DNA of 64,000 bases from a bacterium (GCA_965200245.1 CBDATS010000015.1:352001-416000), one strand, 5' to 3'; shown: positions 1 through 9,545, counted from the first letter of the stretch. Notes: generated by a model not told the origin, from the letters alone. Made by a program: numbers and translations.

Positions 1-288
1 CCCCCTGCCCTGTTCCTCCAGAAAGGCCATGACACCGTCTGCGGACACCAACCCGAACGCACTGCCACCTGTGAGAACTATCGCGTCCACGCTTCCGACC
101 AGATGCTCGGCGCGCAGCGCGTCCATACCTCGCGTGGCAGTCGCCGTACCGCGCAACTCACACGCCCCGACGGTCCCGGGAGGGCATAGCACCACGGAGA
201 CGCCCGTCCTGGCCGCCTCATCCTGGGCGTGTCCCAGATAAAAACCCGGAACGTCGGTTATGCAACCTTTGAGATCAGCAGGATTCAG
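1..288 (-). CDS. Peptidase S58 / DmpA-like (P1 family) aminopeptidase, runs off window edge
   Basis: Manual minus-strand translation: GCITDVPGFYLGHAQDEAARTGVSVVLCPPGTVG...RGTATATRG...DAIVLTGGSAFGL..ADGVM, typical of the S58 family. AGGAG RBS precedes a probable CTG start (start uncertain). Not in the ORF track. Confidence 0.8.
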   Translation of the reverse strand, partial: MNPADLKGCITDVPGFYLGHAQDEAARTGVSVVLCPPGTVGACELRGTATATRGMDALRAEHLVGSVDAIVLTGGSAFGLVSADGVMAFLEEQGRG

Positions 289-329
289 AAGAGAGGCTCC
301 TATTTTGCTGGCACATCACCAGAGCGGCT

Positions 330-989
330 TCAGTCCGCGACGGGCAGTCCACCGGACCTGCGGCCGGGTATATCACCGGTCTCCAGAATGCTGTCGATGA
401 CGTATCTGTATTGTTCCACAGGCACCGCGCCCACCATGACATCGCGGTCGTTCACGACGACGGAAGGAATGCCTGTTATTCCCAGGTTCGTGGCCTCCAT
501 ATATTCCTTGACCGCCTTTTGCTTCAAGCCCCCGCTTTCGAGAACATCGCGGTACCTGTCCATGTCCAGCCCGCTTTTCTCGGCCACGTCGCCCACTACT
601 TCCGGATCAGAGATGTTGCGATTATCCGTGAAAAACGCAGCCAGGAGATTATCATGGAATTTTTCCCACTCCTCTGGACCCTGAAACCTCGCCGCCAGTC
701 CGGCTTCCGCCGAGGGCATCGAGCAGTTGGGGAACTCTTCCTCACTCTCCCACAAGGTAAAATCGCCCGAATCGGGTTGTGAATTCGCGTTCGTCCAGTG
801 GTTTCTGCGGTAATCGTTGAACACCGCCGTGGGGTCGGGTTCGGGCCTCAGCATGAAGACCCTGTACTGAATGTCCACCCTATCGCCGTATTCTTCTTTA
901 ATCTTCTTCAGGCGCACGGCCGAATTGAAACACCAGGGTCACAGGAAATCACTGTACACCGTGAGCCGCACAGGGGCGTTATCCATCAT
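330..989 (-). CDS. DsbA/FrnE-like thiol-disulfide oxidoreductase, probable selenoprotein (UPWC motif)
   Basis: RBS AAAGGAGAGA then ATG at 989: MMDNAPVRLTVYSDFL-TGA(941-939)-PWCFNSAVRLKKIK, in frame with ORF 330..917. TGA occupies the first Cys of the FrnE DxxCPWC motif. C-terminal GITGIPS cis-Pro motif present. Confidence 0.85.
907..924 (-). promoter_or_regulatory. Candidate bacterial SECIS hairpin for the DsbA-like gene
   Basis: mRNA UUC-GGC-[CGUGC]-GCC-U-GAA; loop starts about 21 nt after the UGA with G at loop position 2. Short stem. Confidence 0.5.
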
Positions 990-1040
990 TTCTCTCCTTT
1001 GTCTTCGTCATAATCTGAAAGCCGGCTATACCCGGCTACC

Positions 1041-1928
1041 CTATATCTTCATGTGTTCCATATGTACCTTCACCTTCTCGCCAATGCCTACGCCCAGGAA
1101 TCGCGCAGCGTTGCCTTCGGGCACGAATATCTCAAGCCGCGTCCAGCTGTTGAACTGCGCCCCGAGGTCACCCGCCTTCACCGCCTGATAGTATTCGCTC
1201 ACCCCGTTGATAACGTGACCGCCGATTTCGATGACTGGCAGGTGCGCCGCATCGTCTTCCCCGAACTCGAAACGCCAGAATGTCGTAGTGTCGATGTTCG
1301 TCACCAGGTTCCCGTAGTGATCGACGTAGATGACTTCTCCTATGATGGTATCGGTATCCTCGAATTCCACAGAGGGTAGATCGAAGCGAACCGGATCGGC
1401 GACAATGGAGCCGAAATCCTCCGGCGAAACCCCGTAGGAAAGATGTCCCGCGACGGGCGCGAAAATGTCCCTTCCGTGGAAGGTCGAACTCACCTCGCTC
1501 AGGAAAAACGCATCCTCTTCGAGTTCTCTCGTCCACATGTAGAGCGGGTCGTCATACACGCAGGAAAACAGGCCGTTGTCCGGTCCCACGAGGTAATAGT
1601 TTTCGGTGGCGACGATGATTCCCTTGCGGTTGCTTCCCACTCCGGGGTCCACGACTGCCACATGAATCGTCCCGCGCGGAAAGTAATGCGCCGAAGAAGC
1701 GAGAATCAAGGATGCGCCCCTGATGTCGTAGGGCTGGATGGAGTGCATGATGTCCACAAGCCGGACCATCGGGTTTATCGCCAACACGACACCCTTCATT
1801 ACTCCCGTATAGTGTTCGTCGCTGCCGAAATCCGTGAGAAGCGTGACGATTGGCTGCCCGCTGCTCTCCTCTTCGAAGCCGGGAGCGCCTTCACGATAAG
1901 GGTTCGGGCGCGTACTCTCTTCCGTCAT
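1041..1928 (-). CDS. DUF62 SAM hydrolase (SAM hydroxide adenosyltransferase; chlorinase/fluorinase superfamily)
   Basis: Motifs LLTDFG, VVDPGVGSNR, GPDNG, STFHGRDIFAP (Asp-Arg-His triad typical of hydrolases). ATG at 1928 overlaps the mtaB stop (ATGA). Confidence 0.9.
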   Translation of the reverse strand: MTEESTRPNPYREGAPGFEEESSGQPIVTLLTDFGSDEHYTGVMKGVVLAINPMVRLVDIMHSIQPYDIRGASLILASSAHYFPRGTIHVAVVDPGVGSNRKGIIVATENYYLVGPDNGLFSCVYDDPLYMWTRELEEDAFFLSEVSSTFHGRDIFAPVAGHLSYGVSPEDFGSIVADPVRFDLPSVEFEDTDTIIGEVIYVDHYGNLVTNIDTTTFWRFEFGEDDAAHLPVIEIGGHVINGVSEYYQAVKAGDLGAQFNSWTRLEIFVPEGNAARFLGVGIGEKVKVHMEHMKI

Positions 1929-3337
1929 GGTGCAAATTCTCCCAGTAAAGCATCCGGCCTTGCGGCGATGCGAGAAAATCCGTTCTTCTCCGGCAATGAT
2001 GCGAGACGCATTCGCACCGTGCGTCCCATCCATTCGTCGGGACCGAAGGCCAACACGCGGATGTAGTTGTCCGACAAACCGCTAAGAAGACCATCTTCTG
2101 TGCGCCGGCTTTCGAACAATACGTCTGTCTCTCTACCCGTTTGAGAGGAGACGAACGCAGCCCACTTCCTCCGCCCCAATTCCTGAAGCGCACGAGCGCG
2201 GGTTTTCTGTTCGGGTTTTCCGACTTCTCCCGGCATATCAATGGCCGCCGTACCCTCACGAGGCGAATACGGGAATACGTGCAGATACGCCAGAGGCGAT
2301 TCCCGCACCCATTCCATGGTCCGTTCGAACGCGCCTTTGGTCTCGCCGGGAAAGCCGACGATGAAATCTGCTCCAATACACACTCCGTCGATTTTCATGG
2401 CGATTTCAGCGAAACGGCTCGCGCACCGCACAGCAGTGTAATTGCGATTCATGGCCGCGAGCATACCATCGTCTCCGCTTTGGACAGGTATGTGAAAATG
2501 ACGACAGACGTAGCTTCGCCCGTTCGGTTCGTCAATACCGTACGTCTCGCTCGCGGCGATGCGAATGAGTTCACGTGTAAATTCCCCCGGCTCCACTGAG
2601 GAGAGTCTGAGGCGGAAATTTCTCCTTATCCCGAGCAACCGGCTCACCAGACGGCTCAGTGTGCTTCGCGGCTTCGTGTCCCTGCCGTATGCGCCGAGGT
2701 GAACCCCGGTGAGCACCAACTCTTCGTGCCCGCCTGCAAGGAGGGCGTCGGCATGTTTCACGCACGTATCCACATCCAGGGAGCGGCTTTTGCCTCTCGC
2801 GATGGTCGTCGCGCAAAACGAACAGGAAAAATTGCATCCATCCTGCACCTTGAGGTACGCTCGTGTCCGGTTGCCAAACTGAGGCAGGACGACGCTCTCG
2901 ATGTCGAGGTTCTCCTCGATGGGAGAAACCCGTATTTCGGGCTTTTCATCTTTCAGAAGCGGTTTCGTCAATTCATCGGGGAGCCTCAGCTTCTCCCTGT
3001 TCCCGAGCAGGAGGTCCGCTTCGGGTATCAGCATTCTCTCTGCGTTCGCCTGGGCGGAGCATCCCGCAATGACGACCCGGGCGTTCGGTCCACCGATTTT
3101 CCGCGCCCGGCGCGCCAGCCGCCTGCCCTCCCGGTCGGCTTCCGCCGTGACCGTACAGCTATTGACGACGTATACGTCAGCTTCCGCACTGAATGGGACG
3201 AGTTCGAATCCGGCACCTGCGCAAAGGTGCTTCATGGCTTCGCCCTCGGCGTGGTTGAGCTTGCAGCCCAGATTCGACAGGGCGAGGCGCATCGGCTTCT
3301 CCGTTGCACTCCTCCCAGCCTGGTTCGTCTCGCTCAT
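1925..3337 (-). CDS. mtaB: tRNA t6A37 methylthiotransferase (radical SAM)
   Basis: LGCKLN, VVNSCTVT, GC N-terminal UPF0004 Cys motifs; RTRAYLKVQDGCNFSCSFC; HVFPYSPREGT; C-terminal GLSDNY. Confidence 0.9.
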   Translation of the reverse strand: MSETNQAGRSATEKPMRLALSNLGCKLNHAEGEAMKHLCAGAGFELVPFSAEADVYVVNSCTVTAEADREGRRLARRARKIGGPNARVVIAGCSAQANAERMLIPEADLLLGNREKLRLPDELTKPLLKDEKPEIRVSPIEENLDIESVVLPQFGNRTRAYLKVQDGCNFSCSFCATTIARGKSRSLDVDTCVKHADALLAGGHEELVLTGVHLGAYGRDTKPRSTLSRLVSRLLGIRRNFRLRLSSVEPGEFTRELIRIAASETYGIDEPNGRSYVCRHFHIPVQSGDDGMLAAMNRNYTAVRCASRFAEIAMKIDGVCIGADFIVGFPGETKGAFERTMEWVRESPLAYLHVFPYSPREGTAAIDMPGEVGKPEQKTRARALQELGRRKWAAFVSSQTGRETDVLFESRRTEDGLLSGLSDNYIRVLAFGPDEWMGRTVRMRLASLPEKNGFSRIAARPDALLGEFAP

Positions 3338-3632
3338 GGGAGCTACCTTCAAATGTTGAAAAAAGCTACTTTTACAGCGAATCTTACGCTTTGCGCAAAT
3401 TAACCCGCAAGGGCTGTTTCGCTTGACGGGAAAGCGAGGCAGTTGGTAGGGTAGGCCCGCCCGTACGATAGTGAGAGTTGCTCGTTTTCCGGCTGATCGG
3501 GGACAACAGATAGCCAGGTTGCTCAAAGCGTTTTTTCGTCCCTCTTTGTCGGGTATGATTCAGTTTCGTTCTCGGTTTCACCGCAGGTATGGATTGATTC
3601 TATTTCAGATGACTTGAGGAGAGTTTCCGTCT

Positions 3633-4499
3633 ATGCGTGGTTTTGACTTCGTGGCACCGACGACCATATCGGCCACTCTAAAAGCGGCAAAAGGCAGAAG
3701 TACAAAGTTCATCGCCGGAGGTACGAATTTTCTTCCCGATCTCAGGCACCAGCACGACGGGCCAGCCAAAGTGGTCATCGACCTGATGAGGGTTCCCGCC
3801 CTGCAAGGGATATCCTCCTCGAAAGGCCAAATCAAGCTCGGCGCGCTGACGACAATGACGGACTTGCTGACTGACAAGACCATTTTGAAAGAAGCGCCCA
3901 TCCTGGCGGCGATGTCGGAAAAGTTTGCAGGGCCTGTCATTCGCAACCGTGCCACTGTGGCCGGAAATATCATCGATGGCGGCCCCGCAGCAGACGCCGT
4001 TCCTCCCCTGCTCGCGCTCAAGGCGAAAGTAAGACTCGCCAGTGAAAGAGGAAGACGGACGGTCGACCTCGACAAGTTCCTCACCGGATACCGCCAGACA
4101 GCCATCAGGCCCGATGAGTTGATCACCGCCGTGACCTTCCCCTCCCCGGGCAGGAGCCATAAATGGGGCTATTACAAACTTGCCCGCCGCAACGCGATGG
4201 CCATCACGGTAGTGGGTGTTGCGGTTGTACTGAAAGTCAGACGCAAGAAGGTAGAGGAAGCGGGAATCTCTCTGGGCTCCGTTACGGCGGCTCCGATACG
4301 CTGTTATGAGGCCGAGAAAATTCTCGAAGGTAACGTAGTGGACCTTGAGCTGGCCCAGGCGGCCGCGGAAGCCTGCGCCGCCGTGGCAACGCCGATTGAC
4401 GACATTCGCGCATCAGCGGAATACCGCAAACTAATGTGTGAGGTATTGCCGCGCCGTCTCATTTGCCAGGCACTGGATATTTCGCAGGACAACGAATAG
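3633..4499 (+). CDS. Molybdenum hydroxylase FAD-binding medium subunit (CoxM/CutM-like)
   Basis: FIAGGTN, IRNRATVAGNI, PIDDIRASAEYR motifs; GAGGAG RBS. Confidence 0.9.
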   Translation: MRGFDFVAPTTISATLKAAKGRSTKFIAGGTNFLPDLRHQHDGPAKVVIDLMRVPALQGISSSKGQIKLGALTTMTDLLTDKTILKEAPILAAMSEKFAGPVIRNRATVAGNIIDGGPAADAVPPLLALKAKVRLASERGRRTVDLDKFLTGYRQTAIRPDELITAVTFPSPGRSHKWGYYKLARRNAMAITVVGVAVVLKVRRKKVEEAGISLGSVTAAPIRCYEAEKILEGNVVDLELAQAAAEACAAVATPIDDIRASAEYRKLMCEVLPRRLICQALDISQDNE

Positions 4500-4538
4500 A
4501 CGACTTCATCGTCTCTTGAGCATTTCATTGGAGAACAC

Positions 4539-5108
4539 TTGAAGATGGCTACAGCGAGCAAATCCAAACGAACCAGAAAATCGAACACACCCGTATACGT
4601 GCCACCCAAGAAGGTACCCATTTCCTTTTCGGTGAACGGGCAGGAAGTCAACGCAGAAGCTCCCGCACACACCAGTCTGCTGTATCTGCTGCGCGATTTC
4701 GGCTTTACCGAGGTAAAAAACGGCTGCGAGGCGGGCGATTGCGGTGCCTGCACGATTCTTCTCGATGGTCTGGCGATGAACGCCTGCTGCGCGCTCGGTG
4801 TTCAGGCGGAGGGACGTGAAATTACCACCGTCAAGGGCATCGGGACGGTGAACAACCTCCATCCAATACAACAAAAATTCATTGAGCACGGTGCCATCCA
4901 GTGTGGTTTCTGCACACCCGGCATGATCGTCGCCTCGAAGGAATTGCTCGACAACAACCCGAATCCCAGCCGGAATGAAATCAAGGCGGGCATCGCAGGC
5001 AATCTTTGTCGATGCACGGGTTACGTGAAGATAATCGACGCTATCGAGGCGGCGGCCAAGGAACTTTCCTCGAAGAATAAAGGCTCGAAGAAAGGAAAAG
5101 GTAAATAA
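4539..5108 (+). CDS. Molybdenum hydroxylase [2Fe-2S] small subunit (CoxS/CutS-like)
   Basis: GCEAGDCGACT, QCGFCTPG, GNLCRCTGY motifs. Confidence 0.93.
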   Translation: MKMATASKSKRTRKSNTPVYVPPKKVPISFSVNGQEVNAEAPAHTSLLYLLRDFGFTEVKNGCEAGDCGACTILLDGLAMNACCALGVQAEGREITTVKGIGTVNNLHPIQQKFIEHGAIQCGFCTPGMIVASKELLDNNPNPSRNEIKAGIAGNLCRCTGYVKIIDAIEAAAKELSSKNKGSKKGKGK

Positions 5109-5110
5109 CC

Positions 5111-6055
5111 GTGACTGCCTCAACGAATTCCACCAAGAAGGAAAAAGGTTCCAAACAAGGCTTCAGGAACGTAGAAGACGTTCAGGAATCGTTCCGACAG
5201 CTTGACTATATTTCAGATCGAACGCTGGCCACCACCCTCTTTTTGGCTACGAAACTCGAAAAACCCCTTTTCCTCGAAGGGGAAGCAGGCGTCGGCAAGA
5301 CGGAACTCGCCAAGGTGCTCGCCAGCGCAATGGATACCGAACTCATCCGCTTGCAGTGCTACGAGGGCCTGGATGCAAACTCGGCTCTGTACGAGTGGAA
5401 CTACGCGAAACAACTCCTCCACATCAAGATGGAGGAAGGCAGGGATTCGGACGCGAAGGAAATCGAGAGGGACATCTTCAGCGAGGAATATCTCATAGAA
5501 CGGCCCCTTCTCCGTGCGCTCTTACGCTCGAAGGACAGGCCAGTGGTCCTGCTCATTGACGAAATCGATCGTTCCGACGAGGAATTCGAGGCGTTTCTGC
5601 TCGAAATCCTGTCCGACTACCAAATCACGATCCCGGAAATGGGAACCGTCCGGGCAGTCAGCAAGCCACTTGTGGTACTCACCAGCAACCGGACGCGCGA
5701 AATTCACGACGCCCTCAAACGCCGCTGCCTGTACCTGTGGGTCGATTATCCCTCCTTCGAGAAAGAGGTGGAGATTATCACGACCAAGGTTCCCGGCATC
5801 AGCGACCGGCTGGCGGAGCAGATTTCCCGCTTCATGACCCAAGCGAGACAGATGGATTTCTACAAGCGTCCGGGCGTGGCCGAATCACTCGACTGGGCAC
5901 AGGCCCTTCTTGCGTTGCATCGCAACGAACTCGATGCCGATGCCGTGCGGGAAACCATCGGCTGCATCCTGAAATACCAGGATGACATCAAACGTGTAGA
6001 GAGTGACGGCCTCGACAGCATGGTGGCGACGGCACAGCTCTCACCCGACGCCTGA
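5111..6055 (+). CDS. MoxR-family AAA+ ATPase, CoxD-like
   Basis: LEGEAGVGKT Walker A, RLQCYEGLD, LLIDEID Walker B, TSNRTREIHDALKRRC. Confidence 0.9.
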   Translation: MTASTNSTKKEKGSKQGFRNVEDVQESFRQLDYISDRTLATTLFLATKLEKPLFLEGEAGVGKTELAKVLASAMDTELIRLQCYEGLDANSALYEWNYAKQLLHIKMEEGRDSDAKEIERDIFSEEYLIERPLLRALLRSKDRPVVLLIDEIDRSDEEFEAFLLEILSDYQITIPEMGTVRAVSKPLVVLTSNRTREIHDALKRRCLYLWVDYPSFEKEVEIITTKVPGISDRLAEQISRFMTQARQMDFYKRPGVAESLDWAQALLALHRNELDADAVRETIGCILKYQDDIKRVESDGLDSMVATAQLSPDA

Positions 6056-6067
6056 TCCGGGAATTTC

Positions 6068-7333
6068 ATGGCCACATCCATTCGTCCCATCGTCCAGGGC
6101 ACACTGCCCAAGCGCAGGATTCGCTTTAAGGGCCGAGGCCTCAAAGGCGAGATGATTGGCTTTTGTCGCATCCTCAGGCGCGCGGGCCTCAAGATTACCT
6201 CAGGACGCATCATCGATGTGTTTCGCTGCTTCGATTCGCTCGAAGCCACGAATCTCGACAATATCTACATCGCCAGCAAGTCGAACCTCATCTCGAGTCA
6301 GGATGAAAGCATGATCTTCGACGCCGTGTTTCGGCAGTACTGGTTCGATGAGGAAGGAAATCCCTACACTGGCGATGAGTCTGTCCAAGTCGACACGCAA
6401 TTCGAGGAAGAAGGCGAAGGGCAGGCCAGCGAAGGGGGCGGATCTTCAGAGGAAGGAGAATCGGATGTCGAGGGCGAAGGTCAGGAAAACCCCGGGCTCC
6501 CTTCGGAGGACGACGTAGAAAGTGCTGCGGAACCCGGCGAGCAGGGAGACGATGACGAGGGGGTCCCCTCCTATAGTCCCGCTGAAGTCATATCCGACAA
6601 GGATTTTTCATCGCTGAACATGGATCAGGTCGCCGAACTCAGGCGACTCATCGCGAAACTCGTGCCCAAGCTTGCGACCAAGATCAGCCGCCGGAAACGG
6701 CCCGACATGCGTTCTCCCGAAATCGATATGAGGCGAAGTGTCAAGAAAAGCGTGCGATCGGGTGGCGAGGTGCTGAAACTCTTCCGCCGGAGAAGAAAGA
6801 TACAAAAAACCCAAATCGTACTTATCTGCGACGTATCCGGTTCAATGGACAGTTATAGCCAGTTTCTGATTCAGTTTCTCTACAGCCTGCAGAACGAGAT
6901 CAAATCACTGCGAACTTTCGTCTTCAGCACACGCCTTTCGGACGCTACGCCGTACCTGCGCCACAAGGACGTGAATACCGCTCTCAAGCGCCTCTCGATG
7001 GAAGTGCACGACTGGAGTGGCGGTACGCAGATCGGCAATTGCCTGAAGACCTTCAACTATGAATACGGCAGAACCATTCTGAACAGCCGAACCATCGTCA
7101 TCGTCATTTCGGACGGCTGGGACCGAGGCGACACGGATACGCTGGCCGAGGAAATGAACCGGCTCAAGAAAATCTGCTACAAACTCTTCTGGCTCAACCC
7201 CTTGCTCGGTAGTCCCGGTTACCGCCCGATCGACAGGGGAATGAGAACGGCCCTTCCCTATTGTGACGAGTTTCTGGCCGCACACAATCTGGACAGTTTA
7301 ATCGACATGACGAACAAGATCGCGCGCATATAA
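6068..7333 (+). CDS. VWA-domain protein, CoxE-like
   Basis: MIDAS DVSGSM, WSGGTQIG, ISDGWDRGD, WLNPL; acidic linker; follows the CoxD-like gene. Confidence 0.9.
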   Translation: MATSIRPIVQGTLPKRRIRFKGRGLKGEMIGFCRILRRAGLKITSGRIIDVFRCFDSLEATNLDNIYIASKSNLISSQDESMIFDAVFRQYWFDEEGNPYTGDESVQVDTQFEEEGEGQASEGGGSSEEGESDVEGEGQENPGLPSEDDVESAAEPGEQGDDDEGVPSYSPAEVISDKDFSSLNMDQVAELRRLIAKLVPKLATKISRRKRPDMRSPEIDMRRSVKKSVRSGGEVLKLFRRRRKIQKTQIVLICDVSGSMDSYSQFLIQFLYSLQNEIKSLRTFVFSTRLSDATPYLRHKDVNTALKRLSMEVHDWSGGTQIGNCLKTFNYEYGRTILNSRTIVIVISDGWDRGDTDTLAEEMNRLKKICYKLFWLNPLLGSPGYRPIDRGMRTALPYCDEFLAAHNLDSLIDMTNKIARI

Positions 7334-7414
7334 TTAGCCCCCGTTTCTTCGTGCGCCGCCTGATTGTATATAAACTGCATTCCTGTTGTGCTGTTTTGCG
7401 GACGGGGAACGAAA

Positions 7415-8077
7415 TTGGCGAATTTGCTGATATACACGGCGGACAACGGGTTCGCGGACGCGCTGGGACGCGCCTTGAGGCGAGAGGGACATTTCTGCAA
7501 GATGGTGCAGGATGAAACCACCGCTCTACAGGAAGTGCGTTCCAGGGGTTTGGCCCTCATCCTGCTTGATGACGCCCCTGCCCTGCCTGCAGTCAACGAT
7601 TTGCGGAACTGGACTACGCTGCCGATTCTCCTGCTCTTGGAACCTGACCGCCTTGCCGTCGTTCGCATGCCTTCCGAAGCCGACGACATTCTCGTGAAAC
7701 CAGTCCGGGAAGAAGAACTCCTGTACCGCGTCCGCAGCCTGTGCAATCGCCCGGAACAGAATCCCGATGGAGGGCGAACCCACAAGAGCAAGGGATTGAT
7801 GCTTGATGAAAACCGCTACGAGATCAGGCTCGATGGCGAATTGATCGATTTGACCTACCGCGAATTCGAGCTATTGAAGCACCTGATCAACAATCCTGAA
7901 CGCGTCTTCGACAGGGAGCAGCTTCTGAACCTCGTGTGGGGGATCGACTATTTGGGTGGTCCGCGGACGGTCGATGTTCACGTTCGCCGTATTCGCGCGA
8001 AAATCGAAATCAAGGGATATTCATTTATTTCCACAGTGCGTGGGGTCGGATACAAATTCATTGGAGAATCTTCATGA
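7415..8077 (+). CDS. OmpR-family orphan response regulator, GlnR-like
   Basis: Winged helix DLTYREFELL...RVFDREQLL..VWGIDYLGGPRTVDVHVRRIRAK. Degenerate receiver lacking the N-terminal acidic pair. No adjacent kinase; directly upstream of glnA. TTG start uncertain. Confidence 0.8.
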   Translation: MANLLIYTADNGFADALGRALRREGHFCKMVQDETTALQEVRSRGLALILLDDAPALPAVNDLRNWTTLPILLLLEPDRLAVVRMPSEADDILVKPVREEELLYRVRSLCNRPEQNPDGGRTHKSKGLMLDENRYEIRLDGELIDLTYREFELLKHLINNPERVFDREQLLNLVWGIDYLGGPRTVDVHVRRIRAKIEIKGYSFISTVRGVGYKFIGESS

Positions 8078-8124
8078 CGCCTGTAGGCTGACGTATTTTC
8101 GGGGCTATGGAAAGTCTGTCTCCT

Positions 8125-8140
8125 GAAACCGGTTCGAAAC
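8125..8140 (+). promoter_or_regulatory. GAAAC-N6-GAAAC direct repeat, candidate GlnR/OmpR-type operator upstream of glnA
   Basis: GAAAC (8125-8129) CGGTTC GAAAC (8136-8140), 11-bp period, just upstream of a -10-like TGATATAGGT. Confidence 0.45.
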
Positions 8141-8198
8141 CTGCATGATATAGGTTGAGTCGATCTGCAGGGAAACATCGTCTCATCTGGAGTTCATC

Positions 8199-9545
8199 AT
8201 GTCTGACGCATTCGACGACAAGGATCGTGAATTCGTAATCAATCAGGCCCGCGAACTCGGCGTGCGTTTCATCCGCATGTGGTTCACGGACATTCTGGGC
8301 TTTTTGAAGAGTTTCGCCATCACAATAGAAGAACTCGAAAACGCGCTTTACGATGGGCATCTATTCGATGGGGCCGCCATACAGGGTTTCGCGCGGATTG
8401 AAGAGAGCGATATGTTCGCCCATCCCGATCCCACCACGTTCTGCGTTCTGCCCTGGAGGCCGCAGGACGGGGGAGCCGTTGCGAGAATGTTCTGCGACAT
8501 CAAGGATCCAGACGGCAACCCCTATGAGAGCGACCCGCGATACATACTCAGGCGAACCCTGCAGAGTGCCGCGCAAAAGGGATTCACGTTCTACGCGGGC
8601 GTGGAGTATGAGCACTACTACTTCAAATCTCCCGAACTGCCGATTGAAACGCTGGACCGGGGCGGATATTTCGATCTCACTCCCCTGGACATCGCAAGCG
8701 ATCTCAGGCGCGAGACGGTTCTCAACCTCGAAAAAATGGGGATCGGCGTCGAATACAGCCACCATGAGGTGGGGCCCAGCCAGCACGAAATAGACTTGCG
8801 CTATGGGGATGCGCTCACCATGGCGGACAATGCGATGACCTACCGGCTCGTTGTCAAGGAAGTCGCGATGCGGCACGGCGTCTACGCCACCTTCATGCCC
8901 AAGCCTCTGTCCGAAGAAAATGGAAACGGAATGCACACTCATCTCTCCCTGTTTCAGGGTTCAGTCAACGCGTTCCATGATCCCGAGAAACCCGGCGGCC
9001 TTTCGGGTACGTGTCAGGCGTTCATCGCAGGCCTCATCAAATACGTGCCGGAGATGACGCTCGTCTTCAACCAATGGGTGAACAGCTACAAGCGACTCGT
9101 TCCCGGTTTCGAGGCACCCGCCTACGTCACCTGGGCGCACCAGAGCCGCAGCGACCTCATTCGCATTCCCAGCACGCGCAAGGGAATGGAATCCGATACG
9201 CGAATCGAGTTGCGATCACCGGATTCTGCATGCAACCCCTATCTCGCGTTTGCCTGTATGCTGGCGGCGGGAATGGCGGGAATCGAAGAGGGCCTGCCTC
9301 CGGTTCCGTCCGTGGAGGAAAACGTCTTCGAGATGAGCGAGGAGAACCGCAAGAAGAAAGGCATCAAAAGACTGCCGGGCAACCTTCACGAAGCTACGGT
9401 GCTGGCCGAGCAGAGCGATTTCCTGAGAGGCGTGTTCGGAAACCAGTTGTTCGATAAATTTATCGAGAACAAAAAGCTCGAATGGGAACCTTACCGCGCT
9501 CATGTTTCAGATTTCGAACTCAACAAATATCTATCGATTCTCTGA
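8199..9545 (+). CDS. glnA: Glutamine synthetase type I (GSI-alpha / GlnA2-like)
   Basis: RMWFTDILG, FDGAAIQGF, HHEVGPSQHEI, ATFMPKP, NGNGMHTH, NSYKRLVPGFEAP, RIELRSPD. Confidence 0.92.
   Translation: MSDAFDDKDREFVINQARELGVRFIRMWFTDILGFLKSFAITIEELENALYDGHLFDGAAIQGFARIEESDMFAHPDPTTFCVLPWRPQDGGAVARMFCDIKDPDGNPYESDPRYILRRTLQSAAQKGFTFYAGVEYEHYYFKSPELPIETLDRGGYFDLTPLDIASDLRRETVLNLEKMGIGVEYSHHEVGPSQHEIDLRYGDALTMADNAMTYRLVVKEVAMRHGVYATFMPKPLSEENGNGMHTHLSLFQGSVNAFHDPEKPGGLSGTCQAFIAGLIKYVPEMTLVFNQWVNSYKRLVPGFEAPAYVTWAHQSRSDLIRIPSTRKGMESDTRIELRSPDSACNPYLAFACMLAAGMAGIEEGLPPVPSVEENVFEMSEENRKKKGIKRLPGNLHEATVLAEQSDFLRGVFGNQLFDKFIENKKLEWEPYRAHVSDFELNKYLSIL

Noticed and set aside
1041-1928. SAM-dependent fluorinase or chlorinase
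   Set aside because: It retains the VVDPGVG..R and TFHGRD hydrolase residues, and there is no halometabolite gene context.
6380-6570. Glu/Gly/Asp-rich low-complexity stretch
   Set aside because: It is an acidic linker inside the CoxE-like protein, not a repeat element.
3633-7333. Aerobic CO dehydrogenase operon
   Set aside because: No CoxL here, and the only large subunit in the window has AMRGIG rather than AYxCSFR.
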